A DNA stretch of 64,000 nucleotides from assembly GCA_964646405.1 (NCBI GenBank), contig CAZYDV010000003.1, forward strand, positions 1 to 64,000, in the 5' to 3' direction. Shown in pieces: positions 19,090 through 28,993 of the stretch (the first letter of the stretch is position 1; each line of letters starts with the position of its first letter). The notes beneath the pieces were generated by a model. The model was not told the DNA's origin. It did no database searches and worked only from the letters and a program-made list of their open reading frames with translations. This DNA comes from an uncultured Granulosicoccaceae bacterium (GTDB lineage Bacteria > Pseudomonadota > Gammaproteobacteria > Granulosicoccales > Granulosicoccaceae). Position numbers and translations under genes: made by a program.

Positions 19090-19995
19090 TCACGGCTTTC
19101 TAACCGCAGCAGATGCCGGCAGACGGGTTGCTATGCGACGTCTAATCGGTACTGTCGATGGGCTGACCGGATCAGGAACTTGTGCGCTTGTGTCGCAACC
19201 GGTCATCCAGTGCTGGCGGATATAAAGTCGGGCGATGGTACCCAGGATGCCGTTGGCCGCACCGATGACGCCTCGGACTGTCCCACTGATTTTCGACTGT
19301 CCGATTCGCACCAGCGCGCTAACCGGTACTTCGCGCACGTGCAACGACAATTGCAGCGCTCTGACCTGCATTTCGACGGTCCATCCGTAGTGGCGATCAC
19401 TCATATTGAGTCGCTTGAGCGAACGATAATCAATGGCCCGAAATGGTCCAAGGTCCGTCACTGGTTCTTTCCACAAACGGCGTATGAGTGCACTGGCCAG
19501 CCAATTGCCAAAGCGTTGCGGGAGACTCAGCGCGCCTTTTTCACACTGCCCGATCGCTCTCGAACCGATGACCAGATTCGCGCCATTGACCAGTGGATCC
19601 AGCAACCCTGGTAACTCGCGTACATCGACTGAATCGTCAGCGTCGACGAACGCGACGAGATCATGCGCGGCGGGATGACGCAACGCCGCCAGACAGGCAG
19701 CACCATACCCACGCTCCGGCTCATGTACGACGACGGCACTATGCATTCGGGCTATGCTGGCTGTACCATCTGTGGAGCCGTTGTCGCCCACCACTATCAG
19801 GTCAACCAGGGGTTTCGAATCAGCCCGACACAGGTCTTTCTGTTGATCCGGGCATTGGGCCGGTCTGTTCGAAACTAACGCATCGCCACAATGCCGGCAC
19901 ACGCGTAACGAGTTCAAATCGGACAGGACTTTGCCTATCGATTGAGCCTCGTTTAATGCCGGAACTATGACAGCAACCTGTCGTCTTTTATACAT
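19090..19995 (-). CDS. Glycosyltransferase family 2 (polyprenyl-phosphate sugar transferase-like)
   Basis: VAVIVPALNEAQSIG... and VVGDNGSTDGT...DADD GT-A fold motifs, with a Cys-rich ~35-aa insertion. Start set at MYKRRQVAV. Confidence 0.75.
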   Translation of the reverse strand: MYKRRQVAVIVPALNEAQSIGKVLSDLNSLRVCRHCGDALVSNRPAQCPDQQKDLCRADSKPLVDLIVVGDNGSTDGTASIARMHSAVVVHEPERGYGAACLAALRHPAAHDLVAFVDADDSVDVRELPGLLDPLVNGANLVIGSRAIGQCEKGALSLPQRFGNWLASALIRRLWKEPVTDLGPFRAIDYRSLKRLNMSDRHYGWTVEMQVRALQLSLHVREVPVSALVRIGQSKISGTVRGVIGAANGILGTIARLYIRQHWMTGCDTSAQVPDPVSPSTVPIRRRIATRLPASAAVRKP

Positions 19996-20021
19996 ACTCA
20001 CTCTGATTAGCTTGCACGTCG

Positions 20022-21425
20022 ATGGTTCAAACCCCCGAGCCCAAAGCATCACTTGAATCGTTTTTTGCCGGCCAGTTCAGAGACCGGGCATTTTTCATTT
20101 CGCTCGCACCAATCCTGGCTTTGTGGACAGTGGTATGTGTGATCTCACGGGATCCGGGCCGCTATGCGGTGCTGCAGTTTTTCACCGTATCTGCCCTGAT
20201 GCTGCTGATTACACTTGCGTTACTATATTTCTGCCATCGTCATCAACGCCGGTTACCGTTCACACTGATATTGCTCAGTGCGATTACGCTGCGACTCATC
20301 TCATTGACCGGCGAACCGCTATTCGAAGACGACTACTACCGCTATATGTGGGACGGTTACCAAACCGCCACCATCGGCAACCCCTACCTGCTCCCACCCT
20401 CGTATTTCTTCGATGAAGACGTGCCTCTTCATTTTGAGTCGATTCTGTCTCTGATCAATTACCCTGATGTAGCGACCGTCTACGGACCGTTTAGTCAGTG
20501 GATATTTGCATTGGCCTATCACATTGATGCGGCTGCCGTCTGGCCCTTGCAGCTACTGGCAGGCATCGCCGATATACTGGTGCTGTGTGCACTCTATGCA
20601 CTCGGCGCGGGCAATACGTTGCTGCTCTACGCCTGGTCGCCATTGCTGTTGAAAGAGTTTTCGCTAACTGCGCACCCGGATAGTTACGCCATTGCCGGCA
20701 TGGTCCTCGGGATTCTTGCACTGCAGCGCAAGCGCTTGCTTAGCTGCGGCATCGCGCTGGCAATCGGCTTTTCGGCGAAAGTGTTTACCCTGCTGGTCAT
20801 TCCATTCCTGTTGACTGCAACCCCGTCACTGCGCGCCTCAATCAAGATCGTGGCAGCATTTGCGGCAACCCTTGTCGGCATCACCACCTGGTACGGTGAT
20901 CTGATCATTTGGTTTCCGGAGGGCTTGCAGGCAATGGCACAGAACTGGCTCTTCAACGCGCCGCTATACCTGCTGTTTTTACCCTACCTTTCATTCCAGT
21001 CCGTAAAGATCATGTTGCTGGCTTTGTTTTGCATAGCCACGCTAATAATGTTACTGCCGCGCGCCAGCGTGTGGTGGCGCGCCGGCGGGCCAGAAAATAC
21101 CGACCCTGCCTGGGTGGACACCCGAGCAGGCTTCCGCGGAGACTGGCTCTTCATGATGTTTCTATTGTGCCTCCCGGTTGCCAACCCCTGGTATCTGGCC
21201 TGGGCGTTGCCGTTTGCCGTCTTATACCGCAGCGTCTGGGCATGGATCGCCAGTGTGGCGATATTACTGTCGTACCACTATGGTGTTTACGTGGGCGCCC
21301 CGGGCAGTGGCTACCAGCAACTGCGCGTTTCAATTGTATCTATCGAGTACGGCCTGATAGTCGCCGGCTGGGCGATTTCTATCGCGATGGCGTGGTATCG
21401 AAAAACTCCAGCCAGCGAGCGCTGA
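20022..21425 (+). CDS. Polytopic membrane protein, GT-C-like / DUF2029-type glycosyltransferase candidate
   Basis: 467 aa with >10 predicted TM helices. It is divergent from the GT2 gene and the start is uncertain. Confidence 0.5.
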   Translation: MVQTPEPKASLESFFAGQFRDRAFFISLAPILALWTVVCVISRDPGRYAVLQFFTVSALMLLITLALLYFCHRHQRRLPFTLILLSAITLRLISLTGEPLFEDDYYRYMWDGYQTATIGNPYLLPPSYFFDEDVPLHFESILSLINYPDVATVYGPFSQWIFALAYHIDAAAVWPLQLLAGIADILVLCALYALGAGNTLLLYAWSPLLLKEFSLTAHPDSYAIAGMVLGILALQRKRLLSCGIALAIGFSAKVFTLLVIPFLLTATPSLRASIKIVAAFAATLVGITTWYGDLIIWFPEGLQAMAQNWLFNAPLYLLFLPYLSFQSVKIMLLALFCIATLIMLLPRASVWWRAGGPENTDPAWVDTRAGFRGDWLFMMFLLCLPVANPWYLAWALPFAVLYRSVWAWIASVAILLSYHYGVYVGAPGSGYQQLRVSIVSIEYGLIVAGWAISIAMAWYRKTPASER

Positions 21426-21493
21426 ACAACAAAAATTGAACAGTCCGTTAGAGTTTTTCCAAAACGAAATGTCGGCTGCGCCTGCGACTCAGA

Positions 21494-21877
21494 CTAGCGC
21501 AACCGCAGCTTGAATCTTTTATTCAGGTAATACAGCACCGCCTGGCCCTGCTCTTCTGCAACCACGTCGGAGATTCGAAGATCCGGATTGTCACAACTGT
21601 ACAGGCTTGCGACAAAATCACTAGCCGGGCCGCTCTTAAAAGGACGCACCGATTTGCGGCTGAGTTTCTTCAGGCCATCGGCAGTTTTCAGGCAATACTG
21701 CAGGCGCGCGCCGTCTACTGTGCCGGACTTGTAGTGTGCCTTGCCCAGTTCGTATTGCTGATCAATCTTTCGTTGAGAAAATCCACCTTGATTGAACCCG
21801 CCACCGTCAGAGCCCAGAGTGACGGGGGACACGACCAATACCAGCGCGGCTGCTATCGAACGGATGACTAATTTCAT
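21494..21877 (-). CDS. Small secreted hypothetical protein
   Basis: 127 aa with an N-terminal signal peptide and no recognisable domain. Confidence 0.45.
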   Translation of the reverse strand: MKLVIRSIAAALVLVVSPVTLGSDGGGFNQGGFSQRKIDQQYELGKAHYKSGTVDGARLQYCLKTADGLKKLSRKSVRPFKSGPASDFVASLYSCDNPDLRISDVVAEEQGQAVLYYLNKRFKLRLR

Positions 21878-22055
21878 TGCTGCTCACAAGTTGTGTTCGG
21901 TTTCTCTATCGACTCTACCTTGCAATTGAAGTTCCAGCGAGCGCAACGGTTCGGAACATCCCAGTCGAAAGGTGGGCGGTGTCCGTGGTGTTTAAGTGTG
22001 TTACCCCGGCACAAAGCAAAATTTCACATTTTCATCACAGCTGGTATTCTGAGCA

Positions 22056-22862
22056 GTGAATTCCACCGTAACAGGCACACTCATGCCCGATATCGATCGC
22101 GCTGCAGAAGTCATTCGCCAGTGCTGGCGACACAATGACGCAATCGAATACAAGAAAGGGGACCTTTGGCCCGATACCGCCGAACAGGGTTACGCGGTGC
22201 AGGCACAACTGGCGAAACTCAGACGCGAACCGGTAGCCGGTTGGAAGATCGCTGCCACCGCGATCGCCGGAAGAACGCATATCAATGTCGATCGGCCACT
22301 GGCCGGACGCCTGTTCCCATCGATCTGCCACGGCGACGGCGCGGCCGTGCCGTTCGGGCGCAACCGCATGGCAGTGGCTGAGGCCGAGTTTGCATTCACC
22401 CTGGGCACAGACTTGCCACCACAAACTTCACCTTATAGCGATAGCGACGTACTGGCGGCCATTGAATCGGTCCACCCCGGGCTGGAATTCCCGGATTCCC
22501 GGTTTATCGATTTCACGCTTCCGGGAACCGCCGGGCTGATTGCCGACAATGCCTGCGCCGCACATTTTGTGTTGGGGGAAGCTTCGGCACAGTCATTCGA
22601 CGCCGCAACGCTCGCGGCCCATTCAACTACCCTCTACGTCAATGATGAAGCTGTCACTCAAGGACACGGTGCGGACGCGCTTGATGGACCAGTGAGCGCA
22701 CTCGTCTGGATCGCGAATACACTAAGCGAGCTGGGTATCGGTTTGACGTCCGGTCAATTCGTCACGACTGGCGTGACTGGAAAGCCCAGCCCGATAAGAA
22801 AGGGCGATTCGGTACGCGCTGATCTGGGCATCTACGGATCGGTGTCAGCCAGACTCGTGTAG
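22056..22862 (+). CDS. 2-keto-4-pentenoate hydratase family protein (MhpD/HpaH-like)
   Basis: Family resemblance across the length (..GYAVQAQLAKL...GWKIAAT...). Confidence 0.65.
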   Translation: MNSTVTGTLMPDIDRAAEVIRQCWRHNDAIEYKKGDLWPDTAEQGYAVQAQLAKLRREPVAGWKIAATAIAGRTHINVDRPLAGRLFPSICHGDGAAVPFGRNRMAVAEAEFAFTLGTDLPPQTSPYSDSDVLAAIESVHPGLEFPDSRFIDFTLPGTAGLIADNACAAHFVLGEASAQSFDAATLAAHSTTLYVNDEAVTQGHGADALDGPVSALVWIANTLSELGIGLTSGQFVTTGVTGKPSPIRKGDSVRADLGIYGSVSARLV

Positions 22863-22957
22863 AACCAAGCCACCGCCTGAGTGTCGAAGCTGTCGAAGAC
22901 ACGGGGCAGACAGACACGATTCACTCAACGCGTCTGCCCAACACTCACCTGCAGGGG

Positions 22958-23923
22958 ATGTTAGCCATGCAATCGATTGACCCGAATCTTATCCGACACA
23001 CCGCCGGCACTGTACTGGTGGCCCTGTTACTCACCGCCTGCGGCTCAGGCAATTCAGATTCAGCTTCCGATGACATTGAATCGATGGAACAGACAGAATT
23101 CCCCACCATCGATCCGACGACGCAAGTGGCAATCGACCCCTCACAAGCCGATCTGCTCGAACAGATCGGCCCCGAATCCATCGGCGGCAATAGTGACAAT
23201 GTACTCGCCGACGACAATGGCGATCTGCTGCCCGCCGTTTTTCCGACGGCTACTGGTATCGACCTCGCTTATGCACAATCGGGCGCAGCTCTGGTGATGC
23301 AGCTCAATGATTCGCTGGTACTACCCGCCGACATCGACGTCAACTTCGCCGATTGTGGCACCGCGAACGCGTTCTTCGTACCAGCCGGCTTCAGAGAGGG
23401 TCAGAGTGCCGGCGGCTCAATCATTATGTGCCACGAACTGACCGAACTATTCCTAAATCTCTTTGGTGACAGTGAGCAAGCCTTCCTCTCATCAACATTT
23501 GTACTGATGCATGAGTTGGGTCATGCCCTGGTTGATCAGCTGGACCTGCCAGTTCTTGGCATCGAAGAATCTTATGTAGATGGTATGGGTGCTGTGTTCA
23601 TGGGCGAGTCAGGGCTCTCCCTGGGCACCGTGCTGGCAGGCTGGTTCTTTTTCAGCCAGCCAGAAACACCCTTTTTTGACAGTCACCGCGCCGGACCACA
23701 ACGACTGGGGGATCTGGCTTGCTGGGGCGTTGGAGCGGATCCTTCATTGCTGGACGATCCGATGATCGACAGCATCGCACAACAGCTTATCACCGGCGGC
23801 AGAAACTGCACCGCGGAATACGCACAGCAACTGGATGGATTTAACGCGGTACTGGATCAGAATATTCGCGGCGGGCTCAGGACCCTATCGATACCGGATG
23901 TTGAAAGTACCGAATCGAACTGA
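22958..23923 (+). CDS. Putative zinc metallopeptidase lipoprotein (DUF4344-like, HExxH)
   Basis: LLTACGS lipobox with acidic linker. HELGHALVDQL zinc motif in a DUF4344-type context. Confidence 0.6.
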   Translation: MLAMQSIDPNLIRHTAGTVLVALLLTACGSGNSDSASDDIESMEQTEFPTIDPTTQVAIDPSQADLLEQIGPESIGGNSDNVLADDNGDLLPAVFPTATGIDLAYAQSGAALVMQLNDSLVLPADIDVNFADCGTANAFFVPAGFREGQSAGGSIIMCHELTELFLNLFGDSEQAFLSSTFVLMHELGHALVDQLDLPVLGIEESYVDGMGAVFMGESGLSLGTVLAGWFFFSQPETPFFDSHRAGPQRLGDLACWGVGADPSLLDDPMIDSIAQQLITGGRNCTAEYAQQLDGFNAVLDQNIRGGLRTLSIPDVESTESN

Positions 23924-23957
23924 CTCGCCCGCGTTTGGTTTTTACTAAGCGCAATTG

Positions 23958-26297
23958 CTAGCCCGCAAGCCAAGTGGCTATCTCGCGCCTCGCCGTTTGA
24001 TAGCCATCTTCCATAATCTGTTCACGGCTGTCGTAGTCCATCATTCGATACTTGCGAACAGGCGGATGAATCGACAAATCCGCGTGTTCCCTCTGTTCGG
24101 GCACCCGTCCTACCGCTCCAATGGCACTGATCGCCAGAATAGTCGCTGACAACGAGGGAGAACGATATGGCTTGATGAACGGAATAACTCTTCTGATCAA
24201 CTGCCGCCAGCCAGACAACGCCGTACCATACTCGAATTTTCCATGCATCCCGGTACCCCCGGAAACGTCAACACCAATAACGGTTCCACATCCAGGGTCG
24301 CTGCGCATGATCTCAACCGGCATCGCATTCAGCATGGCGCCGTCTGCAAGCAGACTCTCACCATCGGCTACCGGCGGCAGCATGATCGGCAGACTGGCGC
24401 TGGCTCTAACGTATTTCCAGAGAGCCCCCCGGCGATGAACCACTTCCGTGGCATCCGACAGGCTGATCGATACACAATAAAAAGACTGCCACAAATCTTC
24501 TATTTTTACATCACCAACAAAAGATCTCAGCAACGATGAAAACCGTTCGCCTTTAAACAACGAAGTGGAAGGGAACGTATAGTCATTCATGTTACTGCGC
24601 TTGCCATACTTGATCACAAGTTCGCGGGCCTGTTCATCATTGTGCCCCGCGACAATAATCGATGCTGAAATAGCACCTGCGCTTGCTCCACCAAAAAGAT
24701 CAATCGGCACGCCCGCTTCGTGCATGGCCCGTATGACCCCGACATGCGCAAACCCGCGAGCAGCCCCGCCACTGAGGACCAGGCCAATTCCGCGATGGGT
24801 AATCAACCGGGACACACGTGCAATGTCACTGGTGGCCGGATCTTTCCAGCTATCATCATCAGTATCTGACCACCGCACATGGTGATGAGAATCAACGGCG
24901 AGCCTGGCCAGCCATCGACTGGTGCCTTCGGGCATTGTGCGATTGTGTGGATGCAGCAATATCAGACTGCAGTCCGGATTCAATTGGGGTTCACTCTCGC
25001 GGTTACCAGCGCACAATGGCAGCTCAACGGCGTCGACATCATCGTCAGCAAAAGCGACGAATATCAGGTGGTCTGCCAACGCTGAAATTCTGGATAGCCA
25101 TTGTGTGCCACCCGCTTCATGCTGATGGTGAGTTGTGGCATAAAACAAATACTCGTGGCGTTCTTCCTGCTCGCCAATCCAGCCTGCCAGACGAAGCTCG
25201 GCCGGCGTACCGGCAGAAGCGTTGGCAATCCCCGGTTCGCCCAGTGCATTGTCGACCACTTGCTCATCAATGTAGCCAACGTTTATTTCCTCGCACGTTG
25301 TTTTTTTCTTTTCCCACGGATGTTCGATATGCCAGCACAGTCGCTTCGACAGCTTATCGATAGGTAAAACAGCTCTGGCGTCACCGGCGTGCAATCCAAT
25401 CACTGCAAACGTACGATTTTCTTTCTTTTGTGGTTTCGCCAGCCGACCCAGAATTCGCGAAGAAAAAAGTTCAGTCAGCGGTCTGGGGTATTTTTGTAGC
25501 AATCGATAGTAGGCATCCGTATCCAGCCTGCCAACCAGGCTGTCACGCAATGCATAGACAGTCGCATTGCGCGGCTCACCGCTCAGAAGCCCCATCTCTC
25601 CCACAGTCTGGCCGTGGCCAATGTCTGCCAGTGGCTTCAGATTGACGTGAATGCCGTCTGTAGGATCCGACTGATCAGCCGATGCAATCTCTTCAAAAAC
25701 ACGCAAACGACCGTGAACCACGATGTACAGCGAATCACTCTGTTCCCCCTGGGCCATCAGCCGATCACCCTTTGTTAACGCTACTAACTGAATTTCCTGC
25801 TGAAGATCATGCAGTATTGGCGCATCCAGCGCGCCAAGAACCTGGTTCTTGAACAGTGCGCTCGCAAGGTTGGCAGCTTGCAGTCTTGATCGCACTGCAG
25901 ACTCAACATTTTTGCGCAAGCCCGGCAGGCGCGCTGCCAGTTGATCAAACTCCTGCCGCGTAATGCGATATACGGTCGAGGGGCAAACAACTCTGACACT
26001 GGCAGAGCGCCTGGCACCGGTTAGTACAGCCGATTCCCCGACGGTTTGTCCGGGTAGAACAGTGTTGACCACTCGCTCTGTAGACTGTCTATCCAGCAGA
26101 AAAACTTCCAGCTCGCCGGACACGAGCAGATACATGTCTGAATCTTCTGCTCCGTTGCGAATGAGCAGCTGTCCCGACTCCAAACTTATTTCGGTGCAAA
26201 TTTCCGCCAGTGCTGCGCAAGTTTCGACGTCAAGCTGATCAAACAGATCGACAGACTGGATAAATCCCGGATTCAAAATCTTGACCAGTAGCGCCAT
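23958..26297 (-). CDS. NTE-family protein: two cNMP-binding domains + patatin-like phospholipase
   Basis: Two CAP-family cNMP-binding domains (..GQTVGESAVLTG.., ..GQTVGEMGLLSGEPRNATV..) followed by a patatin domain (GIGLVLSGGAARGFAHVG...GASAGA...ADGAM). Confidence 0.8.
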   Translation of the reverse strand: MALLVKILNPGFIQSVDLFDQLDVETCAALAEICTEISLESGQLLIRNGAEDSDMYLLVSGELEVFLLDRQSTERVVNTVLPGQTVGESAVLTGARRSASVRVVCPSTVYRITRQEFDQLAARLPGLRKNVESAVRSRLQAANLASALFKNQVLGALDAPILHDLQQEIQLVALTKGDRLMAQGEQSDSLYIVVHGRLRVFEEIASADQSDPTDGIHVNLKPLADIGHGQTVGEMGLLSGEPRNATVYALRDSLVGRLDTDAYYRLLQKYPRPLTELFSSRILGRLAKPQKKENRTFAVIGLHAGDARAVLPIDKLSKRLCWHIEHPWEKKKTTCEEINVGYIDEQVVDNALGEPGIANASAGTPAELRLAGWIGEQEERHEYLFYATTHHQHEAGGTQWLSRISALADHLIFVAFADDDVDAVELPLCAGNRESEPQLNPDCSLILLHPHNRTMPEGTSRWLARLAVDSHHHVRWSDTDDDSWKDPATSDIARVSRLITHRGIGLVLSGGAARGFAHVGVIRAMHEAGVPIDLFGGASAGAISASIIVAGHNDEQARELVIKYGKRSNMNDYTFPSTSLFKGERFSSLLRSFVGDVKIEDLWQSFYCVSISLSDATEVVHRRGALWKYVRASASLPIMLPPVADGESLLADGAMLNAMPVEIMRSDPGCGTVIGVDVSGGTGMHGKFEYGTALSGWRQLIRRVIPFIKPYRSPSLSATILAISAIGAVGRVPEQREHADLSIHPPVRKYRMMDYDSREQIMEDGYQTARREIATWLAG

Positions 26298-26424
26298 GAG
26301 GCTTTTGTGACGTTTGAGTATCAGCTATAGATACCAACGACTCAATGCAGACAGTCTGGATTTTTACACTTCGTCGCAGGAAAGTTGCGTGTGCAGTCAC
26401 AACACCGCTTGGCCGTACGGGTGA

Positions 26425-27078
26425 CTACCCGCCCAGCCGCGACAACATAAAATCGGCAGCTTCCAGGATGTGCTCACGGGCAAGCTGCTCGGCCCGATCG
26501 CCATCACCGTCTGTCACACACTCCAGCAACACCTTGTGCTGATCCCAGATATTGCGCGGTTGATCGTCGCGAATCAGCACTTCGCCCATGACGCGCTGCG
26601 CCTGAATCCAGTGGGAATCCATCGCCGGCGCGATCAGTGGGTTGCCGGATAGCTCGTAGACAAACTGATGAAAAGCCATATCGGCTGCGATCATGTCGGG
26701 TACCGAACAATTCGCCACCGCTTTCTGCCCGGCCTGAACGTGGGCCCTGCCCTCTTTCACTGCACGTTCGGTATTGCCAAGCGCCGCCTGCCGAAAGGCG
26801 AGCCCCTCGATTACGGCTCGCATGTCGTACATATTGCGCACGTAGTCCAGATCGAGTGCGGACACCAGCAGGCCGCGCCCGGGGGCATCGCTAAGAACCC
26901 GTTGATTGCGCAGTAACAACAGGGCCTGCTGCACGGGTTGCCGTGAGACGCCCAGCCGTTGCGCGATCTGCTCCTGAATGATGCGTTCACCCGGTGCGAG
27001 ATTGCCGGAGGCTATTTCCGCCAGCACGGCTGCATGCACTCGCTCAACCAGTTTGGGGGAAGTATCTAGTTGTTTCAT
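26425..27078 (-). CDS. GntR family transcriptional regulator (FadR/FCD type)
   Basis: N-terminal wHTH (..IAQRLGVSRQPVQQALLLLRNQRVL..) plus an FCD-type C-terminal domain. Start trimmed to MKQLDT. Confidence 0.8.
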   Translation of the reverse strand: MKQLDTSPKLVERVHAAVLAEIASGNLAPGERIIQEQIAQRLGVSRQPVQQALLLLRNQRVLSDAPGRGLLVSALDLDYVRNMYDMRAVIEGLAFRQAALGNTERAVKEGRAHVQAGQKAVANCSVPDMIAADMAFHQFVYELSGNPLIAPAMDSHWIQAQRVMGEVLIRDDQPRNIWDQHKVLLECVTDGDGDRAEQLAREHILEAADFMLSRLGG

Positions 27079-27128
27079 GCGCGGAATCATATCGCATTGG
27101 AATAGCCGGTGCTGTGCACCACCAACCG

Positions 27129-28859
27129 CTAATTCGACCCATCGCGCCATGCCCGTTCGATACTGTCCCAAGCCTCCAGCGCCTGCAAATCCGGTACCCA
27201 GGCAAGTCCCGATTTGGCATCGGAGGAGACCGCCTCGGGGGTGACGACCACATCGAGCAAAGCCGGTCTATGGGCCATCGCCTCGGCAATCGCCGCCGAC
27301 AGATCGTCCGGGTTTTCAACGCGACGACCGTACATGCCAAACGCCCGTGCCATCGCTGCATGATCGGCAAATTGCAGATGCGTGCCGACGGTGTCACCGT
27401 AGTTTTCCTGCTGGTCTCTGACCTCGATCGCCCACGAACCGTTATTCGCCACCACGATCAACACCGGCGCGTTGTGGCGCACCGCCGTGTCGATTTCCAT
27501 CGCGTTGAATCCAAACGCACCGTCCCCGGTGGCGACAATCACGGGTCTGTCGGGACAGGCCAGGCTTGCGGCAATGCCAAACGGCGTGCCCACGCCAATG
27601 CAACCGAGCGAGCCCGGATCCAGATAGGTGCTGGCCGGCAGCCCGATACGCGCGAAGCTTAAGAAATCGCCGCCATCGGCAACGACAATCGCATTGTCCG
27701 GCATCGCCTCGCGCAGCGCCGCCAGCACCCGGTTGGGATGCATGCGCCCGTCGCTGCCGGGTGGTGCCTGCTTCATGCTCTCGGCGAGTTTCTCCGAGCG
27801 CGCCAGATGTTTCTCGCGCAAGCCATTAATCCATGCGTTGTCAGTTGCCGGGATCCGGTTACCGGCAAGCGTGAGCATGGCTTCGAGTGTGTTGCTTACC
27901 GAGCCCGACAGTTCCACGTCGCCACGCCGATTGTCGCGAAGCTCGGATGCGCAATCAGCAAGCCGCAGGAATTTCGCCTCGCTAAAAATAGCCGGTGATC
28001 CGAACGCCAGTTGAAAGTCGAGCCGCCGCCCGACAGTGACGACAAGATCGGCCTGCCCAATCACCGAGCCGCGGGTGGCAGCCACCACCGAGGCGTGATC
28101 ATCGGGCACCAGGCCGCGGCTCTCACCAGTATCCAGATAGGCGGCACGCGTACGATCCAGCAGTTTGATCAACGCCTCACCAGCATCGACCGCACCGCGA
28201 CCCGAGATCACCAGCGGCCGTTTCGCGGACCACAATAATTCCACCGCGGCGGCAATGGCATCGGCCTCTGGCGTAGTCGCCGGCTGCCGGCCGATTCGCG
28301 GCACATACTCGGGCAATTGCACGGCTTTGGATACTTCGGCGCGCATCACATCGGCCGGAAAATCGAGATAGACCGGGCCGGGTTCACCACCCCGACCGCA
28401 GGCCCGCTCGATCGCCTCACCTAATTCCAGTGGCACCAGATCCGCCTGCCTGACGGTGCGGGCATAGCGGGTAACGGAACGCACCAGATCAGTGTGCACG
28501 ATATCCTGCAACGCGCCGCGATTTTCCTGCGGCATCGGCGGCAATCCTGACAACACCAGCACCGGCGCTTTGGCGACATGGGCATTGGCGATACCGGTGA
28601 TCGCGTTGGTCACCCCCGGCCCCGCCGTGACCATCGCCACACCCAGCCCGCGCGTCAGTTCCGCGTGTGCGTGCGCCATATAGAGCGCCGCGCGCTCGTC
28701 CCTGACATCGACAATCTGAATCCCCTGCGCGTGCAACTGCATCCACAGCGGCATGATGTGCCCGCCGCACAGCCCGAACACGCGCTCGACGCCAAAGTCA
28801 CGCAGGGTGCGGGCGATGACTGCCGCGGTTGATTGGGAGGAAATGGTTGGCGCAGCCAT
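27129..28859 (-). CDS. Thiamine pyrophosphate-dependent enzyme (acetolactate synthase / 2-hydroxyacyl-CoA lyase family)
   Basis: TPP-enzyme N-terminal, central and TPP-binding domains (..GDGAFGFNAMEIDTAVRHNAPVLIVVANNG..). Start trimmed to MAAPTISS. Confidence 0.8.
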   Translation of the reverse strand: MAAPTISSQSTAAVIARTLRDFGVERVFGLCGGHIMPLWMQLHAQGIQIVDVRDERAALYMAHAHAELTRGLGVAMVTAGPGVTNAITGIANAHVAKAPVLVLSGLPPMPQENRGALQDIVHTDLVRSVTRYARTVRQADLVPLELGEAIERACGRGGEPGPVYLDFPADVMRAEVSKAVQLPEYVPRIGRQPATTPEADAIAAAVELLWSAKRPLVISGRGAVDAGEALIKLLDRTRAAYLDTGESRGLVPDDHASVVAATRGSVIGQADLVVTVGRRLDFQLAFGSPAIFSEAKFLRLADCASELRDNRRGDVELSGSVSNTLEAMLTLAGNRIPATDNAWINGLREKHLARSEKLAESMKQAPPGSDGRMHPNRVLAALREAMPDNAIVVADGGDFLSFARIGLPASTYLDPGSLGCIGVGTPFGIAASLACPDRPVIVATGDGAFGFNAMEIDTAVRHNAPVLIVVANNGSWAIEVRDQQENYGDTVGTHLQFADHAAMARAFGMYGRRVENPDDLSAAIAEAMAHRPALLDVVVTPEAVSSDAKSGLAWVPDLQALEAWDSIERAWRDGSN

Positions 28860-28993
28860 GAGCAGATTCCGACGTTGAAATGTTGCAGATACGGACGCGG
28901 CAATATTTGCCAGATTGCACAGTCTATCGTATTCTGAATTCAGAGTGCGGAATATCACAGCATCCCGCACGCTTGCCAGGGAGCCTCTCGGTA

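Noticed and set aside
19995-20052. Overlap of divergent GT2 and GT-C gene starts
   Set aside because: Likely an artefact of start-codon choice. Trimmed GT2 start leaves ~27 bp, still short, so GT-C start may be further downstream. Left flagged rather than resolved.
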